45,219 nucleotides of DNA from Catajapyx aquilonaris (Eukaryota): NCBI GenBank assembly GCA_000934665.2, contig KZ538837.1, positions 1 to 45,219 of the forward strand, in the 5' to 3' direction. The translations under genes and the position numbers were made by a program. A model generated the notes under the pieces. The model was not told the DNA's origin. It searched no databases and saw only the letters and a list, made by a program, of their open reading frames with translations. Below are positions 12,389 through 25,244 of the stretch, in pieces (positions within the stretch are counted from its first letter, which is position 1; every line of letters starts with the position of its first letter).

Positions 12389-15342
12389 TTAGCTCCCCTG
12401 CGGAAGCTGATCCGGAAGCTCCTTTCCTCTGGTCTCAACCGGAAGTAGCACAACGGCCACGGCTGCCACCAGTGCTGCACCGGCGTAGATGGCAGCAGCC
12501 AATGGAACGGACGTCCGCAGCACAACTTGCGCCACGTACGGTGTCACCATGGCTCCCAGACGAGCCATGGTGTTGCAGGTGCCCACACCTACACTGCGCA
12601 GGGCCGTCGGGTACACCTCGGGAGTGTACACGTACGCTGCTTGGAACACACCCGTGACGATGCTGCGTGCCAGGAACAGAACGGCTGTCAGCAGGATGCG
12701 GTTGGATACGCAGAAGAACAGGAAGGACATGGTGGTGGAGAACAGGAGGAACTCTAGGGCCATCGTCCTCTTGCGTCCCAGTCGCTCAATGATGCCCACC
12801 TGCCAACGAATGTCAATGTTAGATGGCGCACTACTGCCACTATCTGGCTGGCAACTCCCTCCCTAGCCATATGGGGACGGCCGTGCTTTTAACAGAACAA
12901 GTCCTCCGCCATCCCGGATTTGGCGCTGCAGTCGGGCACTGTACCAAATCGCATTCGGGCGGCTGGTGGGCGAATCTGCAGAACGGTTCAGAAGTCGTCC
13001 ACCCGAATACGATTTGGTACCGTGCGCCACATCATGGGATGATGAGGCTAGGAGAGGGAGTTGCAGGGGGGCTGGTCGAGCCATACAGACCGTGACAAAT
13101 ATTCCTGGAAACTCGGCCAGTGTTGTCCACAGAAGGTCAGCGTAGTCTAGTGTCCCCAAGGGCCGACACGAGGCAGAGCATTCCGGCCCCTGGGTTGGCC
13201 CCAGGCTGATGCATCCAGACTGGCCAGCACCCAACAGCTCGGTGCTGAGCAACACTAATCCGTAGTAGCAGAAGGCGCAGGTGACCCAAACCAACCAGAG
13301 CAACAGAGAGGTCATCCGGAGTCTGGGCACCAGCAGATCCCTGATGCGTCCTCGGTGCTGGAGTGTGGCTGACACATCGTTGTCTTCCACCACCAGGCGA
13401 CCCAACAGCATGGGCTTACCGTTCTCCTCGGCTATTCGACGAAGGACTGCTGCTGCCTCTTGTCGTCTTCCGGCCCACGAGAGGTACCGGACACTCTCAG
13501 GCAGCCAGGGTGACACCAGGAGGAATATGGTCATCGGAACGGCGGACAGACCAAGGAGCCATCGCCAGCCCAATCGAGGCATCACCAACAGTGCCAGAAG
13601 CACCTCCAAGCACGCTCCAAAAGCCCAGAAGGTCTGGAATTGTTTGTAAGTCACTGGACAACTATAGATGAATTTTTTAAATTAGGGTAACTGAGTGCGC
13701 AACACAATTCGCGCAACTTGCAGGATTGGAATTATCAATGAGAGCTGCATAAAAATGAAAAATAAGCGGTGCACTTGTTTCCAACGCTACTCTTGAGGGG
13801 GTAACAATATGGCCCACATTTGCGACGTTGCCAAGGCTCTGTAACGAACCTTTGAGGCTACACCACCGTGAGGAGTAACTGTGGCAGCGCGTTGTTGTCG
13901 GAACAATGGACTTGCGCGAGTATGGGTGCGCACTCGGTTGCGCTCATAAAAAAATTCATATATATTTTTAAAAGATTCATCTGGAGGAGTAAAGTAGGAC
14001 TTACCTCCAATAATACGACACACTTCCCACGATGTTTTGTTGGAAGGAACTCCGCATAGAGTGTGACTCTGCAATTGCACAATAATTAAATAAGGACTTG
14101 AAGTATTGAAAGATGACATACCCTTGTGGCATACATCCAACAGCGAAGCCAACAAGTCCACGAAGAAACACGACCCAGAAGTAGGTTGGTGCAAGCGCAC
14201 TGAGGACTCCGTAGTAGCAAAGAAGTATGCAGGACACGACCAAACCCTGCAACATGTCAGATTTAGTGGTACGTACTACCAGGGAGCATATACTACATAA
14301 GAGGCGCTAACTTCGGTCAGCGCCATTGATTTCCGCGTCTCTCTGATTGGGGCCGTTGCCAAGGCTGGCTGCCATTTTGAAGTGGGAGCAACGCCAACGA
14401 GGTACGTATAAATAAGGTACAGGCAAAAATATGGTCCGCCATCTTTGATGGTTTTGGCGGCCATGGCAACTACACGGCAAGAACACGCGCGAATCAAAGA
14501 TGGCGGACTCTATTTTTGCCTGTACCCTATTTATACCTCGTTGGCGTTGCCCCCGCTTCAAAATGGCCGCTAGCCTTGGCAACGCCCCAAACAGAGAGAC
14601 GCGAAAATCGAATGTTTGCGCCTCTTATGTATAGTATATGCTCCCTGGTACTACATGACCCAGGTCATGGTCACCAACCTTTCGACGACCATAGCGGTCA
14701 CTAAAACTGCCCCAGAAGGTGGAACTCAGCATCATACCCAGGAACACAACCTGTTCATAGAAAAATTGGATTGATTTAGAGGCGAGAAATGTCCAGATCT
14801 GAGGTCACGAGGAGAAACGCCCTATCTCCTTACTGGCTTCGGAGATAGGGCGTTTTTCCATGGGACGGAGGACTATAGACACAATGTGGGTTGTCGATGA
14901 CATGCTGAGTGAGTATATTGGACAGCAAATAATGTACCGTGGTGAGAAGTGCCTGGGAGTAAGAGGAGACAGCCCACGAGCAGTGCAAGGCAGGTGACAA
15001 GATGCTGAGGATCATCATCTCCATGGAGTCGGCCATCCAGCACAGGCCAGTCACCAGTGACAACCGGATCTGGAACTTGCCGAACCCGAGAGCATTCACG
15101 GCCTGGGCCACGGTGTACGTGTCGTCAGGCACCACCGACACGTTGTTGGGTTGGTTCGAGCCCATGTCCATCAGCTCCAGGCCCTGCCCGCTGGACATCG
15201 GAGGGGCGGGCGGCCCGGGGGCAGCAGGCACCGGGGCGGATGGAGGCCGGTCGGGGGTGTCCTCGCCCGTGATTCCGGAGTAGCCGAACTGGTCATCGTG
15301 ACCCGGGTTCAGACGGGTCACCGAACGTAGCACCACGCTCAT
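12389..15342 (-). CDS. SVOP: Synaptic vesicle 2-related protein (SVOP), MFS/SLC22-like transporter, 6 coding exons
   Basis: Exons 15342-14938, 14750-14679, 14246-14122, 14068-14005, 13633-13091, 12799-12389, all GT-AG and in frame. Motifs: YTVAQAVNALGFGKFQ, WMADSMEMMILSILSPAL, SDRYGRR, TLYAEFLP, WLPES, LLWTTLAEFPG, FQAAYVYTPEVYPT, LPVETRG. Confidence 0.93.
12852..13063. mobile_element. MITE-like inverted-repeat element in the last SVOP intron
   Basis: Ends GCAACTCCCTCCCTAGCC / GGCTAGGAGAGGGAGTTGC, with an inner inverted repeat GTACCAAATCGCATTCGGG / CCCGAATACGATTTGGTAC. Confidence 0.6.
13667..13960. mobile_element. MITE family B, copy 2 (SVOP intron)
   Basis: TA-flanked GATGAATTTTTT..CTGAGTGCGCAAC ... 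GGTGCGCACTCGGTTGCGCTCATAAAAAAATTCATA. Confidence 0.75.
14280..14647. mobile_element. Foldback MITE family A (Galileo/P-like), copy 1, TSD GTACTAC
   Basis: GTACTAC|CAGGGAGCATATACTACATAAGAGGCGC ... GCGCCTCTTATGTATAGTATATGCTCCCTG|GTACTAC; almost the whole element is an inverted repeat. Confidence 0.92.
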
Positions 15343-18300
15343 GGCTTTATATTGTGAGGTCAGCACTGTCCAGGTCGAGTTGTCTCATTTGCGAAACCTA
15401 AATAAGAAACTTTTATTGTGCATTGTTATGCAGGGTTGTTTGTTTCGAAAAGGCAATTATATGTAGCACCATCACCAGGTGTATGAATAATATTAAATTA
15501 TAATATTAAATTATTATTTTAATAACGTCATTTGAGATTTTAGTCCATAACAATAAATAATAATATAATTAACAATCAACAATGTCATTAATAACGAGCA
15601 ATTAATATCATAAACAATGGATAATAATTAAAATGTAATTAATTACTCGTTAATGAATAATAGTAATTAATAATAATAGTAGTAATTAATAATATTTAGT
15701 AAATTGATATCACGAGTGATGAATAATAATAATAAAATAACTTTTTTTCATTTACCCTGTAATGTCCCTATTAGGGACTTTGAGGAGAAAATAAAAATAT
15801 TAATACCAATATCGCAATTAATATCATTTATTATAACAATAATAGACATATAAAGAACACAAGGTTAAGAATAAATTACTATAATTCGTAACCATCAATA
15901 ACATACGTTTTATTAATTAATCATGAAGCTAATAATTTGTTACTAACGTTAATTTAATAATGATCAATAATGTTAATAATATTTAAATAAATCACTGCTA
16001 ATAATATTAATGATAAGTTTATTATGATTTACTGTATATCATATTCAAATTGCTGATCATAATTATACACAGTACTCCTGTTCATATTAGTCTATTAATT
16101 AATTATTGCTGCCTCTATACGCAAGGTTTAGTTCAATTGAAACGTCAGTATAGTTTGCGAATTTTTGTCACTTTCAGCTACTTATTTTTAATCAGTTACT
16201 TAATATTAGGCCCTACTGTTATAAAGTATTAAAACACATACGTAAACACTGCAAATATTTACTTCAAAATAGGCAATACGATGCTCACACACTGATTTTA
16301 AAAATTTTGCGCGTTTATTAATTAATATTTGTTTTAAATTTATTACGCAACTAATAGAGTGCCAAAAATCGCAAAGACTTGTGTTTTAATTGGAAGAACT
16401 ATGTACGCACTTGCAGTGAGGAAGTTGAAGTAATTTTCGTCACATTATAGCCCTGTTGTTGGTGCCTAATTGCGCTGCTGCAGAGTGACAATTAGAAGGC
16501 CAGCATACCGTACACTCCATAACGGTATGCATGACGTGTAATGCTGATGGTGAATGAACCGTACTATACTGACAGGAAGTCCTCTGCGTTTCGTGGTACT
16601 CACCAGGTGTCTGGTTGGCCAAGGGGCAGGCCCCGGGGTTTGGCCCCCCCCGTGCTGGAACCTTGATCCGGGTGCTGCAAACAGTCGAATTCTCCGGAGA
16701 CTCGAAGGCACGAAGAGGACACGAAATATTTTTCTAGTGTGTACGAGGGTGGGGCCACTTCTGGTTCCAGGTTTAGTTGGACCGTGGCGTGGTGGCTGGC
16801 TGGGGTGCTGCACAAGGATGCCCACAGATGGCGAGGGTTGCCACCTTCTCATCTAGGCCCATTCTGGTCTACTTTCAGGCAAATTTCAGGCTCACCACAC
16901 GGGCACATACTGGACAATAACTGGACTATTAAGCCAGAGAAGACAGCATGAATTATTTAATAAATTTTATCAAATTACAGAAAATGCGCTTCATGAATTT
17001 TTCATCCCATCACAAGAGCATCAGAAGAGCATTAAAAATTTATGTTCCACGAGATGAGAGACTCGTCGCCTGTGATGCTAATGTTTTGCCACTTTTGCGG
17101 TTTACAGTGTAGTTATAAGTTTAACCTTGGGACAAACTATATCCTCACCAAGGGTGGTAACTTGTTCCGGTACAGTGCGTCGCAAAAAAAAAATCGTGTC
17201 TTGAATCTTGACCAACCACAACAATAAGCGTGTTGTCGTGTTTGACCTTGCAAATAAACATGGAGAAGGATGAAGCAATGGTTATATAATCTCGTAAATA
17301 TAAATTAATACACAAATATTGTGAAATAAGTTTTAATAATGACAAAATCATACCACTAATTGTTCCCTTGTCCTCTCTGTGTGTTTCAGGCCTGCCAAGA
17401 CTCATTGTTGGTAGGCCTAGTCCCATGCTCTCAGATGCTGGACAATCCCTGGGCAGCTGGACTGGAGGTCAGAGGTTGCTGATGGAAATCGAGAGTCCTG
17501 ATGATGATGACGAGTAAAAGGAGGAGAAGGAAGAATAAGGATTTCAAACTCACCACGAGCAGACATTCAAAGGCTTTTCAAAAGGAGGTTTCTACAGACG
17601 TCTTCAACCCTGAACTACCCAGACTGGTACCCACATTTGTTTTTCCTTCCAGTTTCCTTCATCTCCAAAGATCTGGGGAAGGAGGATGTTCAGACTGGCT
17701 GTCAGAGACTCTGTCCCAGATATGCTGTCCAGCCTGATACCCCGCTCTTTATCAGATGCTGTATTTGCACTGCTCGTATCGGTGGTATGGGTTCGATGTG
17801 CTTACTCTCTTTAGCAAACAGTTTCATCCATGCGTCATTCACATACAGCCGCCCGCCATCGTAAGCAATATACAGACATGATTTTTTTAAAGTGGTAGAA
17901 ATATAAATGACGATCATATTCCCCTTTTATCCAAGGTTGTTTAAGACATGCCCATTAACCACACTAATGACTCGTAGATTAATCACATGTACGACATGCT
18001 AGTTGTCGTGTGCTTGATGTGTCATTATTAGTTTCTCACAGCTATGATTAAAAATGTATGTTTGTCACTTGGGAATCACAGTCGTCCATAATCGCTGAGA
18101 TTTGTTGGGAATACCCAGTGCAAGAAAGCTCACCTTTTTGTTACATCACCATTATAGCAAATATACCGTATATATTTTATATTCGTTTAAATTTCTGTGA
18201 TTAATCTGCTATTTGGAATAATCCAGTCGGATGCAGTGATTTTGATGATTGCGCAGAAGAGTGATTCGACACTCAATGTTGGGGCAGGCTAATTAATTTT

Positions 18301-18526
18301 AATGATAATTTTGATTTAATATGCTATGCTCGACCACATGACAATTCGGGTATTAAAAAGTATTAGTTAATGTGCAGATATTTTCTGCTTACTGGAAATT
18401 AGCCATACTTAAGCGAAATGTTAGCAAGTAGTGGTTGCATTTTGCATGCAATTTTCCATGGTATGCAACTCATGGTCACTCATATAAAATATAATTAATT
18501 ATGATAAAATAAACTTATTCCCATGT

Positions 18527-18991
18527 TTGTTTGTTTGTTTGTTTGTTTGTTTGTTTTTACCTCATTGGAGGGAACGAAGCCCTTTTAGGGGGGTGGATTG
18601 CCACCCGTTTTTCTTACGAATTTTCTTTCGCATTTTTCTCTCTGGTACAGGGATCAGGATAGTGATTTATGAGGAGGGGACACTTGTGCAAGTGCGTTGT
18701 CTTAATGTTGGGGGTCGTGTGCAGTCCCCCCAGGGGGTCAGGTTGCGAGACAACCCCCTAGATGCGGGTCAGACACGCCCCACCGACACCGCACGTCCAC
18801 ATGGATGGGTGAAGGATATAGGAAAGGTCTGTGGCCTATTATTTACGGAAGCAACCCCGGAACTTTCCTGGGAGGACCGTGGGAAACCACAGAAAACCAC
18901 GGTCAGGATCGCCGGCCCCGGGACTCGAACCCAGGACCTCCCGATTAGCAGTCGGATGCCTTATCCACTCCACCAACCTGCTTCGGCTTGT
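18527..18991 (-). mobile_element. tRNA-derived SINE with (CAAA)n tail and 19-bp TSD
   Basis: Exact direct repeat AATAAACTTATTCCCATGT at 18508-18526 and 18992-19010. On the minus strand: A box TGGTGGAGTGG, B box GGTTCGAGTCC, and a 3' microsatellite tail. Confidence 0.92.
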
Positions 18992-19534
18992 AATAAACTT
19001 ATTCCCATGTGAATAAATGACTTAAGAACTTGGCACACTAGTAGAGGTATCTACGTAGTAGACGTTTCTTAAGGCATGGCAATTACTGTAGTAATGATTA
19101 ATTGAATTCCGTTTTTTTTAAAGCAGCAGTTGCGAAATATTGCGTGGAGGTAATTTGCTTTTCACTTGTACGTAATTTCGTGTTTTATGACTTTAAAAAT
19201 CTCATATTTTTTTCATCCAAGACCTTGCAAGTGAGGTTGTCATTGTAATGTCGGGAGGGAGGGGTAGTATAAAATAGTAGGGGCTACTACATCGTAAATC
19301 CTGTTACAGTGATGTGCGAGTTCATGTGTAAACCACATCTCTCCGAGTGTCATACACCCTGCATACGCCATTAACACAACTGATACAAATATTATTATTA
19401 TTTATACTTTGGTAAGTAAGAGTGTTAGCTTACACTGGATTCGACAGAAGAATGTTCACTGCAGCATGTATTATTTTTATTATTATTACTTCATACATAC
19501 TGTTAGTTGTATTATAGAACATACCAATAAAGGC

Positions 19535-22370
19535 ATGGGTTCGGTAAACAACGTCTTGGTAGTCCGCAACGCCTGCAAGGCTTATGGAAGAGGACGTCAA
19601 TCTAACTTGGTACTGGACCAGCTCAACCTGGACGTCAAGGCAGGAAGCATGTGAGTCGCACACACGGAAACAAACCGGAACGTGTCGGACACTTTCATTA
19701 CTACATCCATCGAATTCTCTCTATTTTAGATACGCACTTCTTGGTGCCAGCGGATGTGGCAAGACGACCCTCCTGACATGCGTCCTGGGCATCCGTAAGC
19801 TGGACAGTGGACAGATCCGGATATTGGGACAGCCTCCGGATGGTGTCCGGGTTGTGGGAGGGAGGGTGGGTTACATGCCCCAGGAGGTGTCCCTCTACAT
19901 GGAGTTCTCAGCCAGGGAGATGATGGCCTTCTTTGGTCGCCTGCACGGGATGGGACGGAAGGACGTCCGGGACAGGATGGACTTTCTGTCCAGGTTCCTC
20001 AAGCTGCCCGATCTGGACCTGCCCATACACGCCCTGAGTGGGGGTCAGCAGAGGAGGGTGTCCTTCGCAGTGTCCCTCTTCAGGCAACCGGAGCTGCTCA
20101 TCCTGGACGAACCAACAGTCGGAGTGGACGCCATCCTCAGACAAGCGTACGTCAATGGCCTCTGAAATTAATATGTTACAACCCACTAACCGTGCCCAAT
20201 TTCAGGATCTGGAATTACTTGAGAGAGCTGGCATCATCTGGTAAGATGACAGTGATCTTGACCACCCACTATGTGGAGGAAGCTTCAAAGGCCGATGTGG
20301 TAGGGTTCATGCAAGATGGACGCTTTCTGGCGCAGGACACCCCTAGGAACCTGCTTAAAAAGCACGGTGCAACCAGGCTGGAAGACGCTTTCGTGTCACT
20401 CTGTCTGAATCAGGGGCATTCGAAGGCAACGATTAGTAAGCCATCCTTTCAATCCACGTATAGCCCCAAAGTTTTATAGCAGGTAAATTATTTCAGGATC
20501 GTCAGAACCTGAATTTGATGACATTCTTGAAGCGAACAATCATACCGATTCGACCAATCAAAGCACCGGAACATTTTGCAACCACGTGGGAGCCATCCTG
20601 TACCGTAATTTGCGCTGCGTCCAGCATTACATCTCGTAAGCTAACAGCTGAAAATGCTTAGCAATTTTAAAGACATAATCTGGTTTTTTCAACCAGTTTT
20701 TTTTAACCCGACTGAAAAAAAATCAACTGGAAACATTCGGAACATATCCAAACATTAATGGTTTTGCTCAATATTCAGAATCTGGTCCACTTTTGTCGTG
20801 TCGCCCGTAACGGTGATGGCAATATACTGCATCGTTTTTGGAGGCTCACTGAAGGACCTGAAATTGGGCGTGGTGAACCGAGAGTGGCCCACTGACCCTA
20901 TCTGCGTCCCCTTTGACGACTGCCTGATGGTCAACCTCAGCTGCCTCTTCCTGGCTCACCTGGACAGAGACCTAGTCCACTTGGTACACATTTTGAGTTG
21001 CACACTTGTCCGCCATTTTGAGCACACTTATCCGCCATTTTGAGTCGCACTGGTAGCACAAAATTCTTTCAGGTGGCCTTTGAGGATGAAGGGTCAGCCA
21101 TGGATGCTGTCCAATCGGGCCAGACTGTGGGGTACCTCTCCTTTCAGTCCAATTACTCCGATTCGTTTGTGGGCCGCATATGGGACATTGCGCAAGTGGA
21201 CAACGGGACGCTGGACAACTCGGTTGCCACTCTCCAGATGGACATGACTGGTACTGATGGCAGGTTTCATATACCGTACTCATGATTGTCGCAATTAGTT
21301 GTGAGCTCATGAAGTGCGCCTTTTAAATTCCGCAGACCTTCCTCTAGCGGTGACCCTTCAACGCATGGTCCTGTTGAGGTTCGCCAGCTTCACTAGTGAT
21401 ATCATGAGCATGTGCGGATTCAACCCTGACCTGGTCAAGTCGCCAGTTAAAGTAAGACGCTTTCAGCTGATCACTGAGCAGTTAGGACATTATCTTCGAT
21501 TCAATTGCAGTTTGGGGAATCTTTAATAGGCCCGGACGACACAACGTATCAACACTCTACACTGCCAGGGATGCTGGGAAAGTGAGTGATTGCCAAGCAC
21601 ATGTTGTTTAAGTACATGCCCTCCCTCCCCTTATAGAATTTGAAGTGATATAATGAGATTATTGGGGTTATATGTCTCTTGTTTCAGCATGATTTTTGCA
21701 TTTCCATTGAACACCGTGTTCTTCTTCGTGATAATGGAGCGAAACGACGGGATGTTGACTCGTACGTGGGTTGCAGGTTCGATCAATTATTATAGGCTTT
21801 CAGTTAGCATAAATCTCACACAGAATAATTTAAGCTTTGAGCTGGTAAACTGACAAGCCTATTTTCCCAGGCGTATCCGACTGGAGGCTGTTGACAGGCC
21901 TTCTTCTGACCCAGATGGTCTTCCTGGTGGTCCAGTTCGCCCCTGTGATGCCCTTGATGTACTGGCACCTCGAGATGGGCTCTTCCCTGGACTCCCTCCC
22001 TTGGTTCCTCCTCCTGGCACTACTGGAAGGCATAAACAGCATAGCCACTGGTGTGCTTCTCTCCATGCTGCTACCCACGCTGGCCACAGCTGGAGTCGTG
22101 TCACTCGCCTTTGGGTTCACCTTGTGGTTCATGAGCGGAACCATATGGCCTCTTGAGACACTCGCCAGTGACACTCTCCTCAGGTCCATCTGTGAGTACA
22201 ACCCAGTGTCCATCTACGCGGAGGGATTCAGGGACACCTTCATCAGGGGACGGGGCATGGGACACCCTGCTGTCAGGCGGGCCTGCGCCTTCGGAACGCT
22301 CTGGACCGTAGCCTCTTCCCTGGCCGCCATCGTCGGGTTCAAGAAACTCAAGTTCAGGTTCATCAAGTAG
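19535..22370 (+). CDS. ABCH: ABC transporter subfamily H half-transporter (NBD-TMD), copy 1, 10 exons
   Basis: Exons 19535-19650, 19730-20146, 20206-20435, 20497-20635, 20779-20983, 21073-21250, 21336-21451, 21511-21581, 21688-21776, 21871-22370. Walker A GASGCGKT, Q-loop GYMPQE, signature LSGGQQRR, Walker B/D-loop LLILDEPTVGVD, H-loop TTHY, followed by an ABC2-type membrane domain. Confidence 0.92.
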
Positions 22371-22969
22371 CACTGTGATTGGTGGGAATCATGTCACAAA
22401 CTCATTATTGTGTTGAAAATCGCGTGATGTTGGAAACAAGATACAGTGCATGATACAGTATTATGGTTGTAACTCGTACTGTAGGTGAGAATAATATACA
22501 GTGTACATTACTCAGACGGGAGTGCCTTTCACTTAGAATCGCATGCAATTCTTCATGCAGTGTGATTGGGGGGTTCATTAGCCTCTCAGCCAATGGGGAT
22601 AGTCCTTTCCAAGGGCAAGAATACTATATGTATGATGATTACCATGGGTATGGACATTTTGTTCAAATAAATGTTGCAGGTATATATTATAATCACGAGA
22701 AAATGCATTTTTGCTATGTAGGGGACGACACTATAGAAACGTAAGTGGAAGAGGACGAGTCAAGAGTTTAACTACGTCGTGGACACAGCCTGCGACACTT
22801 CCATAGTGTCAGGTGTTCAGAAAGGCTGTTGCATAACTACTACGTACATTAAATACGCCTCGCTGGGTGACAGCAGCCCAGTTCAATAAGCAGCAACAAT
22901 ATTACAATAATTGTTGATGCAGTATTGCGTTGCTTTCCTCTTACACGTATTTGTGGGGTGGACAATATA

Positions 22970-23394
22970 CAGGGTGTATCTGAACTCAGTGCCCCGACGT
23001 ATATGACTGCCTTCCTAGCCACCAGAGGATCGATTTAAGTATAGGAGTCATTATGTCTGGCCGCCGCATTACTGAGATAATTAGCCGCAAACATGTAGTA
23101 CAAAATATCCTGTCGGTTAGGCCACCCATCGAACCCTCCCCCAGTCAGAAGGCTCTGGAAGGTCTGGGGGCTGGACTTTGTTGGTTTGTTGCCCACAGGT
23201 GGTAAGGCCTCTTTGGCTAGTTACACCAGAAAATTATATTTAAAAGTCAGAAGGAGCGATTAGGCAAAAATCGCTAAAGAGTGTATCTCAGTAATGAGGC
23301 TGCCCAGACATAATGACTCCTCTACACAAGTTGATCCTCTGGTGGCTAGGAAGGCAGTCATATACGTCGGGGCACTGAGTTCAGATACACCCTA
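22970..23394. mobile_element. MITE with ~60-bp TIRs and TA TSD (Tc1/mariner-type)
   Basis: TA|CAGGGTGTATCTGAACTCAGTGCCCCGACGTATATGACTGCCTTCCTAGCCACCAGAGGATC ... reverse complement ending CACCCTA|TA. Confidence 0.88.
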
Positions 23395-23483
23395 TACCCT
23401 TCCTTCCACTTCCCATTTGGAAAGTGGACTTTTGCGTGCACAAAAAACAACCACTATACTTTGGATGCAATTCAACAGCAACA

Positions 23484-25244
23484 ATGGGCTTCAAGATCAA
23501 CACCAAACTGCTGCCCATCAAGGCTCATTATTTCTATTATTACGCAGGTCAGTTACTCAATATTTGGTGTAATTTTTGTACATTATGTTATTGTCGTGAT
23601 TAAATTGCACATTAATTACTTATATAGTGTATTATTGTCTTAGGTACAGTATTACACTCATGCCCATGTCATAAGACGGGGAAATTAAATAATAGTCTAA
23701 TAACTAATAACCACACATATGTACGTATAAGCTACATTTTGGGGTCTGAACGGCATTTCCTAAATATGTAACGCAAGGTTCCATTTTCCCACAATTTTAA
23801 TTTATTTCCCGCATTCTCTTAGTACTGATCTATATCAATAAAATCATTAAGAATGTCCCATTTCAGAAAATATTGTCCAAAGTAACAATTTTTCCGTTCT
23901 TACCGCAATAAACTATTAAACCAATTTTTGGAGAAGGAATATTCCGCTATTTTAAATTTTAAAAAAAAATCGATTTAATGGACGAAGATTCATGATTCTT
24001 TCTATTTACTTATTTCAGAGAAAATTGATTATGCATGAATGGCGCATAATTAGAGTAACTTACTTCAATATAATTGAAGCCAGGTGACTGCATGATTGCA
24101 GCTATCAATGAAATATTATGCAGCCTAGACCATCATCCAGAGCCAGTGATTACGTCATATTTTTATAGCTGTGCGCGTTTCCCAGGCACGACAATGGCTC
24201 ATTATTGTCAGCCTGCACTTGTGAACCTTTTGAGTCCTCCACTTGCGCCAAGCATCTCTGTACAATAATGACTATACATTCAGTAAAGACCTGTGGACCA
24301 GATGATCACATTACGTCGGGGCCTCATTTTGGTGTCCGAAGCCTCCTTACAGAGAATTATTTTATAGTTAAAGCAAAGAGTGTATAATTATATTACAACC
24401 CTGTATGTCGCAAATACAGCCTACGACACTTCTGTAGATTTAATTATTGGTGTCGGACAGTAAGAATTCCCTTAAAGGGAAACTCCACTCAAAAAACAAG
24501 TTTGGCTCTAAAAATCGGGGGGAAAAATCCTGAATCCGAATGTGCAATTCGTTTTTCGCTACGCGGAGCGGTAATCCCAGGGCGAGGTGTCAAAGTGTGT
24601 CTTCTGCTAATGAGGGGCGCCGCCACGCGTGGAACAGGAGAACTGTAAAGCTGCACCGCTCTGGGATGGGCCTAAGCGCGCGGGCAGGCGGGAGCAGACC
24701 TCCAGTTCCCAAGGTCCCGAGGGCGTCGCTGGTGGACGGCCAGCTTCTAGCGCGCTATTTGAATTTCCCCTCTTTGACTCCTCGCCCTGGGATTGCCGTT
24801 CGGCGTAGAGAAAAACGGATTGCACCTTCGGATTCATGATTTTTTGCCCGATTTTAGAGCTAAACTTGTTTTTTGAGTGGAGTGTCCCTTTAAAGTGTTG
24901 AGTTCTGATTGGTTTGCAGGTATAGCAAGCGGAAGCCTGATTGGAGGATTTCTCTACTAGAACTACGGAGGCGCGATGACCTTCAGAATGTTTGGAATCG
25001 CCGCCTCCTCATTGGCCGTCCTGCACGGGGCGACCCATAGAATATTCTCATCAGGTCAGTGAGCCCCCTCCTTAATACTCGTAGTTTACTGACTTCTTGG
25101 AGAATTTGGGAGAAAATGCAGGAGGAAATAGGGGTGGGATGTCTCTTGTGACGCCGAATTCTAAGTCCTATTGTCATTTCAGATGAATCAAAGCCCGCCG
25201 CAAGCGCATCTAATCACGTGTTCCAAACACGTGATCCCAATTAG
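23484..25244 (+). pseudogene. Internally deleted MFSD6-like paralog retaining only exons 1, 7 and 8
   Basis: Exon 1 homolog 23484-23547 (MGFKINTKLLPIKAHYFYYYAG|gtcagt). Exon 7 homolog 24920-25054 is nearly identical to 4606-4469 but has an in-frame TAG at 24958-24960. Exon 8 homolog 25183-25244. No homolog of exons 2-6 is visible in between. Confidence 0.8.
24476..24889. mobile_element. MITE with TTAA TSD and AGGG..CCCT termini (Kolobok-like)
   Basis: TTAA|AGGGAAACTCCACTCAAAAAACAAGTTTGGCTCTAAAAATCGGG ... CCCGATTTTAGAGCTAAACTTGTTTTTTGAGTGGAGTGTCCCT|TTAA. Confidence 0.85.

Noticed and set aside
14276..14704. Recurrent ORFs (RLAAILKWGQRQRGINRVQAKIGSAIFD etc.) here and near 29200-29670, 31850-32370 and 35570-36075
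   Set aside because: They are translations of palindromic MITE family A, appear on both strands, and have no protein motif.
18910..18990. tRNA gene candidate (A and B boxes)
   Set aside because: It is the head of a SINE bounded by a 19-bp TSD and a microsatellite tail, with no convincing acceptor stem.
18527..19012. 161-aa ORF
   Set aside because: Antisense reading of the SINE, starting in the (TTTG)n tail.
19535..22370. Horizontal transfer of a bacterial ABC-2 ATPase
   Set aside because: The bacterial-like NBD is a known property of ABCH, and these genes have spliceosomal introns with a fused TMD.
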